From Chromera velia (Eukaryota): a DNA stretch of 57,465 nucleotides. The notes under the pieces are model-generated. The model was given only the letters and a program-made list of their open reading frames with translations. It searched no databases and had not been told where the DNA came from. The stretch covers positions 1-57,465 of the forward strand of contig JAHBMJ010000067.1 of assembly GCA_018398765.1 (NCBI GenBank). Direction: 5' to 3'. Position numbers and translations under genes: made by a program. Below, one piece after another: positions 35,399 through 47,776 of the stretch (positions are counted from its first letter, which is position 1; each line of letters opens with the position of its first letter).

Positions 35399-38157
35399 AG
35401 CAATGGCACAGGACACCCACATGCAATCATGCACGCCGGAAACAAAAAGATGAGCGAAAAGAAGGTCATCACTTTGTTTGTCACAGAGGGACGAACAGAG
35501 GGTCCCCTCGCCACTTTGTTTGAAGAACCAGACCATGCATGTGAAACAAACAAATCGGGACCGATGAGCAGAAGGAAAAGGGCGAAAATCAATCACCAAA
35601 ATAACCAGAACGACCAGAAGCAAAAGAAGCAAGAGGCAAAACGACCCACCCACTGACTGACCTGCCATCAGACCCCCCGCCCCCTCCTCCTTCGCGATCC
35701 GAAACAGCATCCGAAAGAAACTCTGCAGGCAGGACAGGGCGATGGGGGGAAGCTAGGAATGTTCGATATCCGCGCATGGTCACATCATTATACGAAACAT
35801 TTGTGTGCTGTGCAGGATGTGAAAACTTTGGCACTCGCAGCATGAAAAGGTTTTCTTCCAAACAAAAACTGATCCTGCCCAAACAAACAAAAACTGCATC
35901 ATGCCTTCGGGAAATCACAATCGTGGAAGGAAGGAAGGAAGGAAGGAAGGAAGCAAGGAAGGAAGGAAGGAAGCAAGGAAGGAAGCAAGGATCAGAGGCA
36001 GACAAGGAGATACGAGGAGAAGAGAGGAGAGGAGAAGGGGAGGAAAGGAGAAGAGAGGAGAGGAGAAGAGAAGAGGCGAGGAGAAAGAGACAGGGAAAAC
36101 AACCATGAATGCAATCACTACTCATTGGAGAAGAAGAAGAAGAAGAAGCAGAAGCAACAGCAGCAGCAGCAGAAGAAGAAGAAGAAGAAGAAGAAGCAGA
36201 AGCAGAAGCAGAAGCAGAAGAAGCAGAAGAAGCAGAAGCAGAAGAAGCAGACGCAGAAGCAGAAGCACAAGCAGAAGCAGAAGAAGCAGAAGCAGAAGAA
36301 GCAGAAGCACAAGCAGAAGCACAAGCAGAAGAAGCAGAAGAAGCAGCAGCAGAAGAAGAAGCAGCAGCAGCAGCAGAAGAAGAAGAAGAAGAAGCAGAAG
36401 CAGAAGCAGCAGAAGCAGAAGCAGCAGAAGAAGAAGCAGCAGAAGAAGAAGCAGAAGAAGAAGAAGCAGAAAAAGGAAAAAGAAGCAGAAGAAGAAGCAG
36501 CAGAAAAAGAAGCAGAAGAAGAAGAAGAAGAAGAAGAAGAAAAGAAAGCACTAACCCGATCTTCAGGGTCATCCTGACGCAACTTCAGCCGCGTGTTCAC
36601 GACCCACACTGGAGTCAAGCATGCATGCATGCATGCAGGCAGACAGGCAGGACGAATGAAAGAATGAATGCGCACAAAGAGAGAGGAAGACAAATACGCA
36701 CCAAAAAAAGGACACGACGACCGTTGAAAACTGGACCGTCAGTAAACACACAGACACAGACACACACACAGACGACAAGTTGCCGCACGCGCATAATCCG
36801 AACAACAGCTCGGCGAACAAAGCAGCTCGGAGCTCTCCTCTCACCCCAAAGGCAGCAAAGGAAGGTTTCCAGCCATCTGGTCACATAGCTCTTCCTGAAC
36901 AGAAATGAGAAAAAGGCACTAGCGAAAGAGACCCGCCCACCTACCCGGGTTTGTGACTACAGCCGAAATAACACCAGCGCCCAATGCCGTCACTAGGTTG
37001 ATCAGACTGCTTCTCTCTCGAGGGTATCTGCAGGCAGACAGACAGACAGGCAGACAGGCAGGGGCTATGATAGAAGTTGTGTTACGGAATATCCGGAGGC
37101 TGGAAGTAACTCTCCATGCATGCTTCCTCCTGCACTATCGAGATCCTTGTTCATTTAGGGCTTTCCCCGTCCCCGCAATGTTCTGTGTCTGAACGCAGTG
37201 TGTGCGTCAGCTTTCACCTCTCTCACTGCTGTCGTTTTCTTTTAGTCTCTCTCCCCCTCCATCCATTCGTCCTTCTGTGAGTGTGTGAACGAAAGAGAGA
37301 GAGGGGGGGAAAAAAGAAAGAAAGGAAGAAAACAAGAAAGGAAGCAGGGACGAAACGGGTTCATGCACTGATTCACTCGTTCTCTTCCCTCTTGCCTCTT
37401 CGCGTCGTCTCAAGGGATTGCAATTCCTCCCGTCCTCTCGTCTTGTGCTCCAATTCCTCCCTTCATTTTTCTTGTTTTTCACCTCATGCAGTGAACTCCC
37501 CCCCCCCCCCNCCCCCCCTCTGTGGGCTCGAACTCCGCCCATCCCGGGCGACCAGGAGAGAGTGAGCAAGGAGACAGTAATGCGCACGAACCTTTTTGCC
37601 AAATAGTCCTTGAACAGCGCATAGAAGTAATAGTACACGGCCCAAGACGACCCCACCCCTATTAGAGCACTCCTCAGGCCTGCATACAGCCCCTTAACTC
37701 CCTCTTTGTGAAGGATCTCCTCCAACAAGGCCAAAATCCCTCTGTTGTCCCTCTTCGTTGACACCTGTAACCGCGTCCTCAAATTGTCCAGAGGATAAAT
37801 CACGGCCATTGCAAGCAACGCACCTGCACAAGGAAACGTAAGGTTATGTTGTTTGTACATACCTGCTCATGTACGCACACGGATGTACAAACATCCGAAT
37901 ATTTGTCAAGAGGCTTCAGAGATCGTAGTCATCAACTGGGCCAACTCACCCGTTGCCCCAGCAATGGAGTGAGTGAAGGGAGTGTGAGAGGGTCGGTACG
38001 CATGATACTGTGCCGCCGTCTCTGCCGCTACCCCTGTTGTCCCCGTCCCTGGCGCCCTGACAGTGCCACCCTCCGTCCCCTGTGCCTTCACCAGGTCCCC
38101 AAACTTTGCGCCATTGAGCGAGACAGTCGAGGGAAGCCTCGTGGATGCAGAGGCCAT
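32564..38157 (-). CDS. Mitochondrial carrier family (SLC25) protein, peroxisomal PMP34/SLC25A17/PXN-like, 10 exons
   Basis: Three carrier signatures (YPLDNLRTRLQ, TNPVWVVNTRLK, TYPYQVVKSRLQ), plus EGVKGLYAG, GVLPSLILVSNPTIQFAVYEKLK and EGPAGLFRG. ATG at 38157, TGA at 32566-32564. Confidence 0.9.
36128..36545. repeat. Compound (GAA/GCA)n trinucleotide tract inside a carrier-gene intron
   Basis: ~420 bp of GAA/GCA/CAA triplets between the exons ending DDPEDR and starting SFFRMLF. Confidence 0.9.
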
Positions 38158-38876
38158 CTTCACCCCTCTCTCAACCCTTGGGAAAAGATGTGAGGCCGTC
38201 TCACGCCGATACGAGACGATAGAGACCGAATCACAAAATGCGTTAGCGCCCTTGAGCACTAGGAAAACCGTCAAGCACCTCTTCTGTGCAAGTGCGAATG
38301 TCAACACTTATCGGTGATGTAAATGATCGAGTGGATGGGCATACGCAGGCACATCTGCACACAGCTTGATCTGGCTATACGGCGATTCATGCAGATGAGA
38401 TGGTGATCGACGAATCGACGTCATGAGTGATTATTATCAGGCTGAGGCTTTAGTAAAAGGTGCATCATGCAGTAATTATGAATAAAAGTGCTCAAATTAA
38501 TAGTATTGTATTGTGGCAGACTCTCGGCCTGTTTAGTGCATGATACTCACGACAAATTTTTCACTATTATCTGTGCAGTGAGAGTGAACATCTGGGAGCA
38601 ATAATCCGTGCGATCGAATTTGTGGATCGATTGCATGCAGTCAAGCTCGATCAGTGTGCATGACTGACCTTTTTCTTTGCATGCAAAGTTCAATGTTTCT
38701 TTCAACCGCGAGTATGCAGAAATGAATGACATTCAGGTTAATAGCGGTCAGGGTCTGTTGAAACTCACAGAGAACATTCCCCCTGAGCCACCACTCTTGC
38801 TCGTTCCATAACTGAACACCCGTCACAGGTTTCGAATTCTTCGAACACTGCTTTCTCCTTCTTTTCGCTCAAAACG

Positions 38877-39597
38877 ATGGTGTTGATTGGGGGGCTGACG
38901 CTGACCCCGGAGGGCCGCACGGACGCCTCTTTGAAAGCCGAGGTCTCCATTGAGAGAAAAACTGCCATCGTCAGAAGGTCGGCTCTACTCAGCGTGGTGT
39001 TGTATTCGCGCTCCTTGTCTACATGGAGTGCATGCATGTGGGTTTCACGCTGAGTGTTGCTTTGGTGTTGCTCTGCAGAATTATTTCGGAAGAAATCGAG
39101 ATATGCAGCAAGGTATGTCAGTGTGTCCTGTCCATCTATCACAATTGTATCCCTGCATTCGGTATAGAGATCGGTGGTGACTCATCCGCGGTCTCCTGAT
39201 CCTATTGCTTTCATGCGGGAGTGCACTGCTTCTCCTTCCCTTGACAAATGGGGAAAATGTGTGTGTGTGTGTGTGTGTGTGTGCGGGGGGGGNNNNNNNN
39301 NNNNNNNNNNNNNNNNNNNNNNNNNNNNNNNNNNNNNNNNNNNNNNNNNNNNNNNNNNNNNNNNNNNNNNNNNNNNNNNNNNNNNNNNNNNNNNNNNNNN
39401 NNNNNNNNNNNNNNNNNNNNNNNNNNNNNNNNNNNNNNNNNNNNNNNNNNNNNNNNNNNNNNNNNNNNNNNNNNNNNNNNNNNNNNNNNNNNNNNNNNNN
39501 NNNNNNNNNNNNNNNNNNNNNNNNNNNNNNNNNNNNNNNNNNNNNNNNNNNNNNNNNNNNNNNNNNNNNNNNNNNNNAGGCGGGCGAGGGAGACACG

Positions 39598-39637
<40 letters not shown>

Positions 39638-40366
39638 ACGCGGTCGTTTCAAAGTTTTGAAATTGATGTCTGTCATATATAGATACATTTCTCTGTGCAT
39701 GCACGGCAATCACCTGTGCATCCGCTTTCTTTCGAACGCTGTGTTGTGTTGCGTGTATGCACACCCTGTGCATGCAGTTTCCTCCCGAAGAGGAGCTCTC
39801 AAGGGCGGAGAAGGTTCCCGTGCGGCTGCGAAAGTGGAGACTTGAGAAGGTCCGATGCATGGATGGAGGGATGCATAGATGTATAGAGGGACGGAGGGAA
39901 GGAGGGAGTGATGGAGGGAGGGTGGGGGCCTTTCATCAGAGAGGAGAGGAGGAGCACTCCACCGGCATCCAGTTGAATGCCACTCATCGCAACTCAGTTA
40001 GAGAGGGAAGAGGGGGGACAAGGAGGTGGCATATTCTGTAAGGTGAAGCAGGCCCTTTCTCTCAGTTTGTTGGGCAAGTTCGCAGAACAAAACCCTCGGG
40101 CCCAGACCCGTCAGAGAATGCAGCCTGCCTGGCCGAACATTGGAGGAGGAAGCGAGAATGTCAATAAGCAGAGAAAGAGATGCGCTGTTCCGAAAACAAA
40201 CAGTTTCATGATTTTTAGCAGGCAAACCGAATGCCTTCTGACGGGCACAGTTTCGTTTGACGGTCCATTTTGGTTTTGCCCCTCTGAGCACATTCACAGC
40301 TCGAGAAGAGCGCGGTGGCTGCTGACAGACAGAATGTATTTTCCCTTGTCTTTCAGTCAGTCAGAA

Positions 40367-40397
<31 letters not shown>

Positions 40398-40861
40398 TGA
40401 AATTAGTGCATCTGTACGTGGGATTCCCTTTCCATCTCATTGGCAAGGCAGCTTTGTCGATCTGTCTCTCTTGTACTCTCGCCGATTGCTAACCAGCATG
40501 ATGAATTCCGCCTGACTGACTGGTGAATGAGTCTCTCTCTCTCTGTGCAGCTCGAGCAAGCCGTTGACAACATCTTCAGATCGGACAGCTGCACACAGGC
40601 CGCACGCAATAGAATCATCAAGGATGTCCGTCAGCTAGTCAGGTGTTCGGATCGGAGGGACTGCATGCATTCTGCGGTTTTCAGGAACTGTCCTTCCTTC
40701 CATTTGTGTATGAATATGCATGCCCCTTTCCTTCCATTCTGTTTGATTGCTTCTTGCCTCAGAGAGGCAATCGAGTGGTTGCATGGGTCGTCCTTTCGTT
40801 CGTCTAGTTATCTCACACGGAGAGAGCAACCAGAAGGCTCCCTGTACCTTTCTCGCTCTCT

Positions 40862-40899
<38 letters not shown>

Positions 40900-41242
40900 T
40901 CTCTATGTGTCTATGTGTCTATGTGTCTGTCTGTGTGAGTGCGTGTGTTTGTGTGTGCGTGTGTGTCTAGCCGTCCATCCGCCTGCCTGCCTGACTGCCT
41001 GACTGACTGACTGATTTCCACCAGGCCATTAAATTGAATCCATGCAGGCGAATGCCGCCCGTCAGAGAGACGAGACGAAGATGAGGCAAATCGGAGAGAG
41101 ACTGGCCGCGCTGGACACAGCCAATGAGAAGAAGACGGAGACCCTCAAGGACGAAATCAGAGGAAAGCTCCAGCAGGGAAGGGACAAGCTGTACAATCTC
41201 AAAATGGAGGTAGGTAGGTAGGTAGGTAGGGAGGGAGGTAGG

Positions 41243-41305
<63 letters not shown>

Positions 41306-41711
41306 GTGTATTAGCGAGATTGATTCTACTGTTTTAAAAGAATTTGCGTGTATGCGGGCAACGACACTGATATGTACATTTCACATGTCCGTACATGTGT
41401 GTGCGGTTTATATCCATAGATTCCAAAACTAAGCGATGCAATGGTGATCGATCGAATGAGCCGAATGAATGCATGCATGCAGGCAAAGGCGAAGGGAGCA
41501 GCTCTGTCAAAGCACTTGAAGGAAACGAAGGAAAAGAGACAAGAGAGGGAGCGAGACCGCATCAGGGCAGTCAGGGAGACCCTCACAGACGAAAAAGTGT
41601 TTGAGCAGGCGCTGGAGAGGAAGAGAGAACACATGGAGACGGTTGGTCACCCTTCACTTCTCTTTTAAACTTCATGTCCTGCGTTGGCATACGTAGGTAT
41701 GCGTGTGTGTA

Positions 41712-41750
<39 letters not shown>

Positions 41751-43673
41751 ACAAAAAGCGAGTTTCCGTTTGCATGATCGATTTTGCGAAACGCGCTGGA
41801 GAGACTGGAGATCACTTCCAAGTTGTCATGAGCATTTTCATGAACCATGGATCTTAAGCATGCATTTCAGTGGATCGTCGGTCAAGTTTCTCTTTCAGTG
41901 AGACGCATTCTCCCCGGATGCAGGTTTGAATGAGGATCCTAAGCTCATGCTATTGTTTCAATAGCGGGAATCTTAGTATCATCATGCAGACATGCCCTCT
42001 TGATTAATTCAACGACCAATCACTCAACGAATGCATGTTGATCTTTCGAACTTCGATCAGATGGGGACGGGTGTTCGTACAGACTTGGAAGTGCATGAAG
42101 GGAACATCTACATACAGACTCCAAAAGAGTTGAAATACATGCAAAAAGAATGGAAGTCCATGCAAAAAGTCCACTTGAAGGAGGTACATGCTTGTTTGTG
42201 ACTTCGCTTCATCTGTTCATTTATTCATTCATTCATTCATTCATTCATTCATTCGATCATCAGACTGTCTTCGGCCCCCTCCGGGAAGAATTCAAGCGTC
42301 AGGAACAGGCAGCGATGAGAAACAACCAACAGGACGACTCATTCGACAAGGAGAGGACGGTCAGTCGATCGTGTTCGTTCATTCATTCATTCATTCATTC
42401 ATTGTTGCAATCACTGCTAGAAAAATATCCCCCTGCGGGTCGATGTGCACGTTGGTAGAATGAGTGCGTCGAATGGAGAGAAAGCCCGCCGACTACAAAG
42501 AGAAGGGACAGAAAACTAGTGGACAGAAGCACAAAGAAAAGATTTGTGGCGTCCTCCACCCCCCCTGCGCCAACACTCACATGCATGCATTGATGTGATG
42601 AATTCTGAGGGATGGGTAGCTTCCGATCTCATGCTTTTGTCGACTCATTCACTGGTTGCTTCTTCTCTCATCTTATGTCATCTCCTCTCTGCATGCCCCT
42701 CCGTCTCCCTCCTCCCTCTCCGTATGAACGACCAAACAACGAGCGCAGAAACGAATGGAGGAAGAACTCAGACGAACGGCCGCAATCGCCAAAATGCAGG
42801 CGGACCGATTCAAGGTCAGAGAAGGACAGGCATGTACACACACACACACACACACACAGAGGTCTTTTGATGGTCATTTGTGCATATCGCCTGTTATCTT
42901 GGTTTGTCATCTTTTTCCTCTCCCTGTGGAAGCCTTACAGGCTCACACGCGCTCCTGAGAGGAATGTGCGCGGTTAGGTTCCTGCATCCATGGGAGCTTC
43001 ATGAACAAGTGGAAGGAAGTGGGGCGTGAAACTTAAAAAGCACATACGTTCATGTGTCTGCATGTATCCCTTCATGTATGTATGTATATGTCCGTATGTA
43101 TGTGCATGAATGAATGAATGCAGTACGGACCCACCGCCCCACCTCAGAGGACGCTCCCCCGACAACCGCGGGCGGAAGATCAGTCGGTGAGTCAGTTCTT
43201 TCGACCGTGCACGGCCACATACGACGATGCTTATGCATGACTTCATTCATACGTGCATGTACGCAGTCGCCGGCCAATCCTGCAGGGATACGCACAAGAC
43301 GTACAACATCCCAAGTGCCTGCCCCTGCCATCTTTGCCTGCCCCTCGGCCTGCCTGCCTCCCGGCTTGTATGCATGCATGTTTCGATGCGTTTCCATTCG
43401 TCTACGTTTCGTTGCGTTGCATGCCTGCGTTTGGTGTTTGGCTGCTTTTTGCACAGGTTGAATGCTTGCTGCACTGATAGAGCGTCTGTACAAGTACGTA
43501 TATGTGTCCTTGTTCTGCTGTGGATGTAATGTTTTTGTACAATGAGACGATTTTGAATTAATTAATCGTGTATGTACAAGTGTGCACTCACCCTCCCTCC
43601 TTCCTTCCGTCTTTCCTTCCTTCCATCGTTTCTGCAGGGAGACGACGAGGGAGGAAGAGAAGCCAGCGCGTGA
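38877..43673 (+). CDS. Coiled-coil hypothetical protein, ~10 exons
   Basis: Phase-consistent exons MVLIGGLTLTPEG...IVRR|IISEEIEICSK|FPPEEELSRAEK|LEQAVDNIF...RIIKD|ANAARQRDE...NLKME|AKAKG...EHMET|TVFGPLREEF...KERT|KRMEEELRR...DRFK. The last exon and stop are uncertain (43673 or ~43828), and one intron spans an N gap. Confidence 0.65.
39293..39577. other. Assembly gap (N run); smaller gaps at ~29395-29413 and ~29818-29832
   Basis: Runs of n in the sequence. Confidence 0.99.
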
Positions 43674-45105
43674 AACAAACAGAAAGAAGGCGCAGGGAGG
43701 GAGGGAGGAAGTGAGAGGCGCAGAGAGGCGCAGGGAGGGATCAATTGCAGAAGGAATCATCAGAAAACAAAAGAGAATCAAGTGGAGGGGAGGGGAGGGT
43801 TATTTGGAGAAGGAGAAAGGAAACTGAGGGCCTGAATGAGAAAGAGAGAATGCATTGTGTGCACAGACAGGGAAGGAAGGTACAGGACGGAAAGAGAAAA
43901 AGAAAGAAAGAAAGAAAGAATGAATGAATGGATGCATGGATGAAAATCTTTGCATGATTGTATGACAACATTCACGCGTGAGGATGCAAGAATCTTTGCA
44001 AATGTGCTTGGAAGGCATATTGATTTGAGGAATTGACCCTCTTGAATAGAGCACAGAAGGAAATTAAAGGAAAGGATGGCCTGGAAAGTACGAGGAGGGA
44101 GAAGGTCATCTGCCCTCGATCATTAGTTCCGCTTCTGTCCTTTGACGGTCTCTTGTTTCTCGCTCGTCTGTTTTCATTCTTCCCTTTTCTCTGTTTCACT
44201 TTCGTCCTCTCCCTGCAGTGAGTAATGGATAATTAATTCGGCTGAACCAGAATCTTGCAAGGATCGAGATTCGCGACGGTTGTTTGGTAGCAGAGAGAGT
44301 CGATCGAATGGACGACAAGGGTGAATGAATGGGTCATAGAAGAAGAAGAAGAAGAGAAGAATAAGAGAAGGTGACGAAGGGGGATCGAGGAAGGCAAACG
44401 GTCAATGAAAGAAGATCAAACTTCAAACGCACACACGCTGCATGGGAGAGAAACAAATGCATCGGACAGAGACAGACACACAGTCAGTCAGGGGCACTGC
44501 ATGCAGACGGACCGAGGTGGAATCGAAAAGTTTAGGGGAAACAGAAAGTGGGCTGGAGTGCATAGAGAGAGAGAGCTCTGGCGTCATCGCTGCATGGGCC
44601 CTCCAATCTGCAGCTTCAATGAGTTGCATTGCATGTTAAGAATCCTGAGCTCTCGATCCGTGCATTTGTTTTTATTTCACCTTCAAGTTGGGAATGCAAC
44701 TGTTTGGACGACTAATGGTGCACATGTACAAAGAAACGTAAACAAAGGCGATGACTTCATGAAGCAGTGTAGCTGGTAAACACCCCATCCATATGTTCAA
44801 CTTGCAGCTAGTTTTATAAATGAAACATTGTATGCAACATGCCGCAGGGATGCTGTGTCATTATAGTAATGATTGATGTTTAAAAAATAATTGGGAAGTG
44901 TGATCAATGCATGGTTACATGCTACTGCCTGTGAACAAATCATGTTATTATTTTTCGTAATCTACTTCCCAACCATAGTTTTTTGACTATGACAAAGCGA
45001 GCAATGGTCCGACGCATGTATGCGTTTTTCCTGCACGCCGTACGTCGAACGCTCGGCATTAAGGCAGGAGACCAATCCTCCAGACCTTAATCCTATTCTA
45101 TCCCA

Positions 45106-45458
45106 TCCTATAATAATAAAGCTAGTAAGTTGAATCTTAATGACAGTTTAATCTAAGGTTTAATATGACATAAATTTAAGAACTTAACTTTTGAAGCTTT
45201 TTAGACTTGAGCTTTACACCTCATATTTTCTAGTTAATTAATCATCTAGCTGGTCGTCTAGCTACCATTTTTTATGACTAAATTTAGATTTAACTTTAGG
45301 ATATGCTACAGATTTTTTAGTTTTTGTAGGTGTTTAACTCTCTTATCTAGTCCTGTATTTACGCAGATTTTGTTTAGTATATACTAGAAGCTTAATTCTA
45401 GGCAACATTTAAGTTTCCTAATGCCTCATAGTATCTGGCATAAGTCAGTTTAAGCTAG
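45106..45458 (+). mobile_element. Possible non-autonomous Helitron-like element
   Basis: AT-rich block inserted as A|TCCTATAATAATAAAG ... CTAG|T, with a short ATGCC...GGCAT stem ~13 nt before the terminal CTAG. Confidence 0.35.
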
Positions 45459-45830
45459 TGTTTAAGACGGATTCTCATCTACTGCAAAGCTCGTATTTCA
45501 CTGACTATATTTCATGGTCTGAAGGCTGAAGCTTCCCTCAATGCTTTTTTGAGGTTTCTCTCATTTTCAGATATTCTTGCTACAGTTTTCAGGTAACAAA
45601 TCTTTTTTTTTTTTTGCTGTGTCATCCCGACTGTTTTTGTCGTTTTCGTTAACTCCTTACTTCGTTGACTTCGTTCCGGTGGAGGATTTTTTCTTTCTTC
45701 TCCGACTCTCTCTCTCTTTCTCTCTCTCCCTTCCTCTCTCTTTGTCTCTTAACTTGAGCGGCAGAGCTAGTGATAGAGTCGACAGCGCACGAAGATGACG
45801 AAAGCTTTCCATCGCAGATGGTTTGTGCAG

Positions 45831-47745
45831 CTAGTAGTACGCTCCCAGTGTTTTCTCTGTGAATTCCCCAAAGTCCATTCCCTCCTTCCATCTCGACAAA
45901 AGAGCAGGAACCCCAGGGGGCAGCAGCTCGCCGTTGGCCCCTCTCTTCAATTCAGTGTCGTCGATTCCTCTTGGGGCGGCCACAAGGTGGGCCCACTCAG
46001 GTTCCATGAAAACCGCCAGCGTGCTCCTGGAGACTCCCTTCTTTGAGGGCGGACGCACGCAGTGGGGAGTCGCTTGGAGAATCCCCCCTGTCATCAACTG
46101 CATTCATTCATTCAATCGTTCGATCAATCATTCGTTCGTTCGTTCATGCGCCCATGCAGACAAACAAATCCAGCATAGAATCTACACACACACACACACA
46201 CACACACACGCACGCACACGCACACGCGCGCGTGTGCGTCGGACAGCGAGAGAGAAACAGAGAGAGCACACAGCCGGGAGGGAACGCAGGGAGACAGACA
46301 GAGAGAAACAGACAGACGTATCGACGAACACACAGACAGAGGAAGACAGAGAAAGACAGCCGAAAAAGAAGAGTGAGCCCGAGTCAATACTTTCACGTGA
46401 TCACTGGGTTCACACGTTGATCCTCTGCTACGAGAAAAAGAAGACAAAAAGAGAAAAAAAGAAAGCGTATTGGACTCCAAACAAGTAATACACAGACAGA
46501 AAGACACACAGACGAACAGACAGACAGAAAGACAGACAGACAGACCTGCTCAGCCTCCCCAATCTGGAACGCCAGACATCCCGGAGGAGTCACCACCCTC
46601 ACGACCTCTCCTGTCCGGGACTTCACATACAGTCCTGCCTTCGCATCGGGACACTCGACTTCCTCCCCCTTCTCGTTGAAGAACATTCCTGCAGGCAAGA
46701 ATGCATGAGCTAGATCGCATTCTTGCAGAAAAACAAACAAGACCATCATCCACATTCAGAACAGGACGTGCGCGTAAACACAAACAAAAAAGAAAACACA
46801 CAGAGAGAAGCGGCACTAGAAAAAGATCTGAGGGAGATCACCCTGTTCCTGCCTCACACGCTTCCTTCACGTACGTGCATCTGATGTGAACCACACTTGA
46901 TGCAAGTGAGATCGAATGCACATGCCATGTTTGCAAATGTGCATGGTGAAGGGAAACGCGTCACAGACACAGAGAGATGGAGAGACCGGAGAAAGGTGGG
47001 GGCGGAGAGAAAGAGAAAGAGGCAGGGAAGGAAGGGGAGAGTGGGAGAGACAGACCAACCGACCGACCGACCAGGGGCCAGTCCCGTCAGAGATCCATGG
47101 TCGTTGTGCCACCCGCACCATCCTGATATGTCGTCTTTCTTCTCTTTCTCTTCCTCTCCCTCGTCATCCTCTTCGTCAGTATCCCTCGGAAAGTAGTAGA
47201 GCAGTCTCGCTTTATGACACCTGCATTTCGTCACCACATCCACAAGACTCACGTCCTTTCTGGCCGCGTCTCCACCTCTCTTAACCAATTGGGTTGAGAC
47301 ATACGCGTCGCAGTGTCTTGCCAGGAACTCTCCTGTCTTGACAATTAAGCCTCCGAGTCTCTTGAACGCTTTCTCGAACCCCGGGCAGTCCTCTTCTGAG
47401 GGCCAGATGTTCGGGTGGGCAAAAGAGGAGTGATCCCTTATGATTTTCTCGTCTTCATACTGCACCATGCACGCATGCATGCAGTCACGTGTGCGGACAT
47501 TTACGCAAGCGCGCGCAATTATCTGGGCACCGCAGGGCGCGTTCATGCTTTGCTTCTAAGTTTGCCGCCGAGAGGCAGGCAGAGAAACGAGACGAGACAA
47601 CAGAAGCAACTTTAAGGAAGGTGGAACAAAAGTGGCTGGAATGCAAACATCCTCCGAGCTCCAAACACAAGCTATAAAGAAAACGAAGCCCAAGTCGCCC
47701 AGGCGGGGAAGGAAATTGGAGAGTGAGAGAGTGAGAGAGAGTAAG

Positions 47746-47776
<31 letters not shown>

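Noticed and set aside
36109..36888. 259-aa Glu/Ala-rich ORF and overlapping poly-K/Q, poly-S/A and poly-L ORFs
   Set aside because: This is a trinucleotide microsatellite, open in most frames, inside an intron of the minus-strand carrier gene.
38765..39142. 125-aa minus-strand ORF
   Set aside because: It is antisense to the phase-consistent first two exons of the plus-strand coiled-coil gene.
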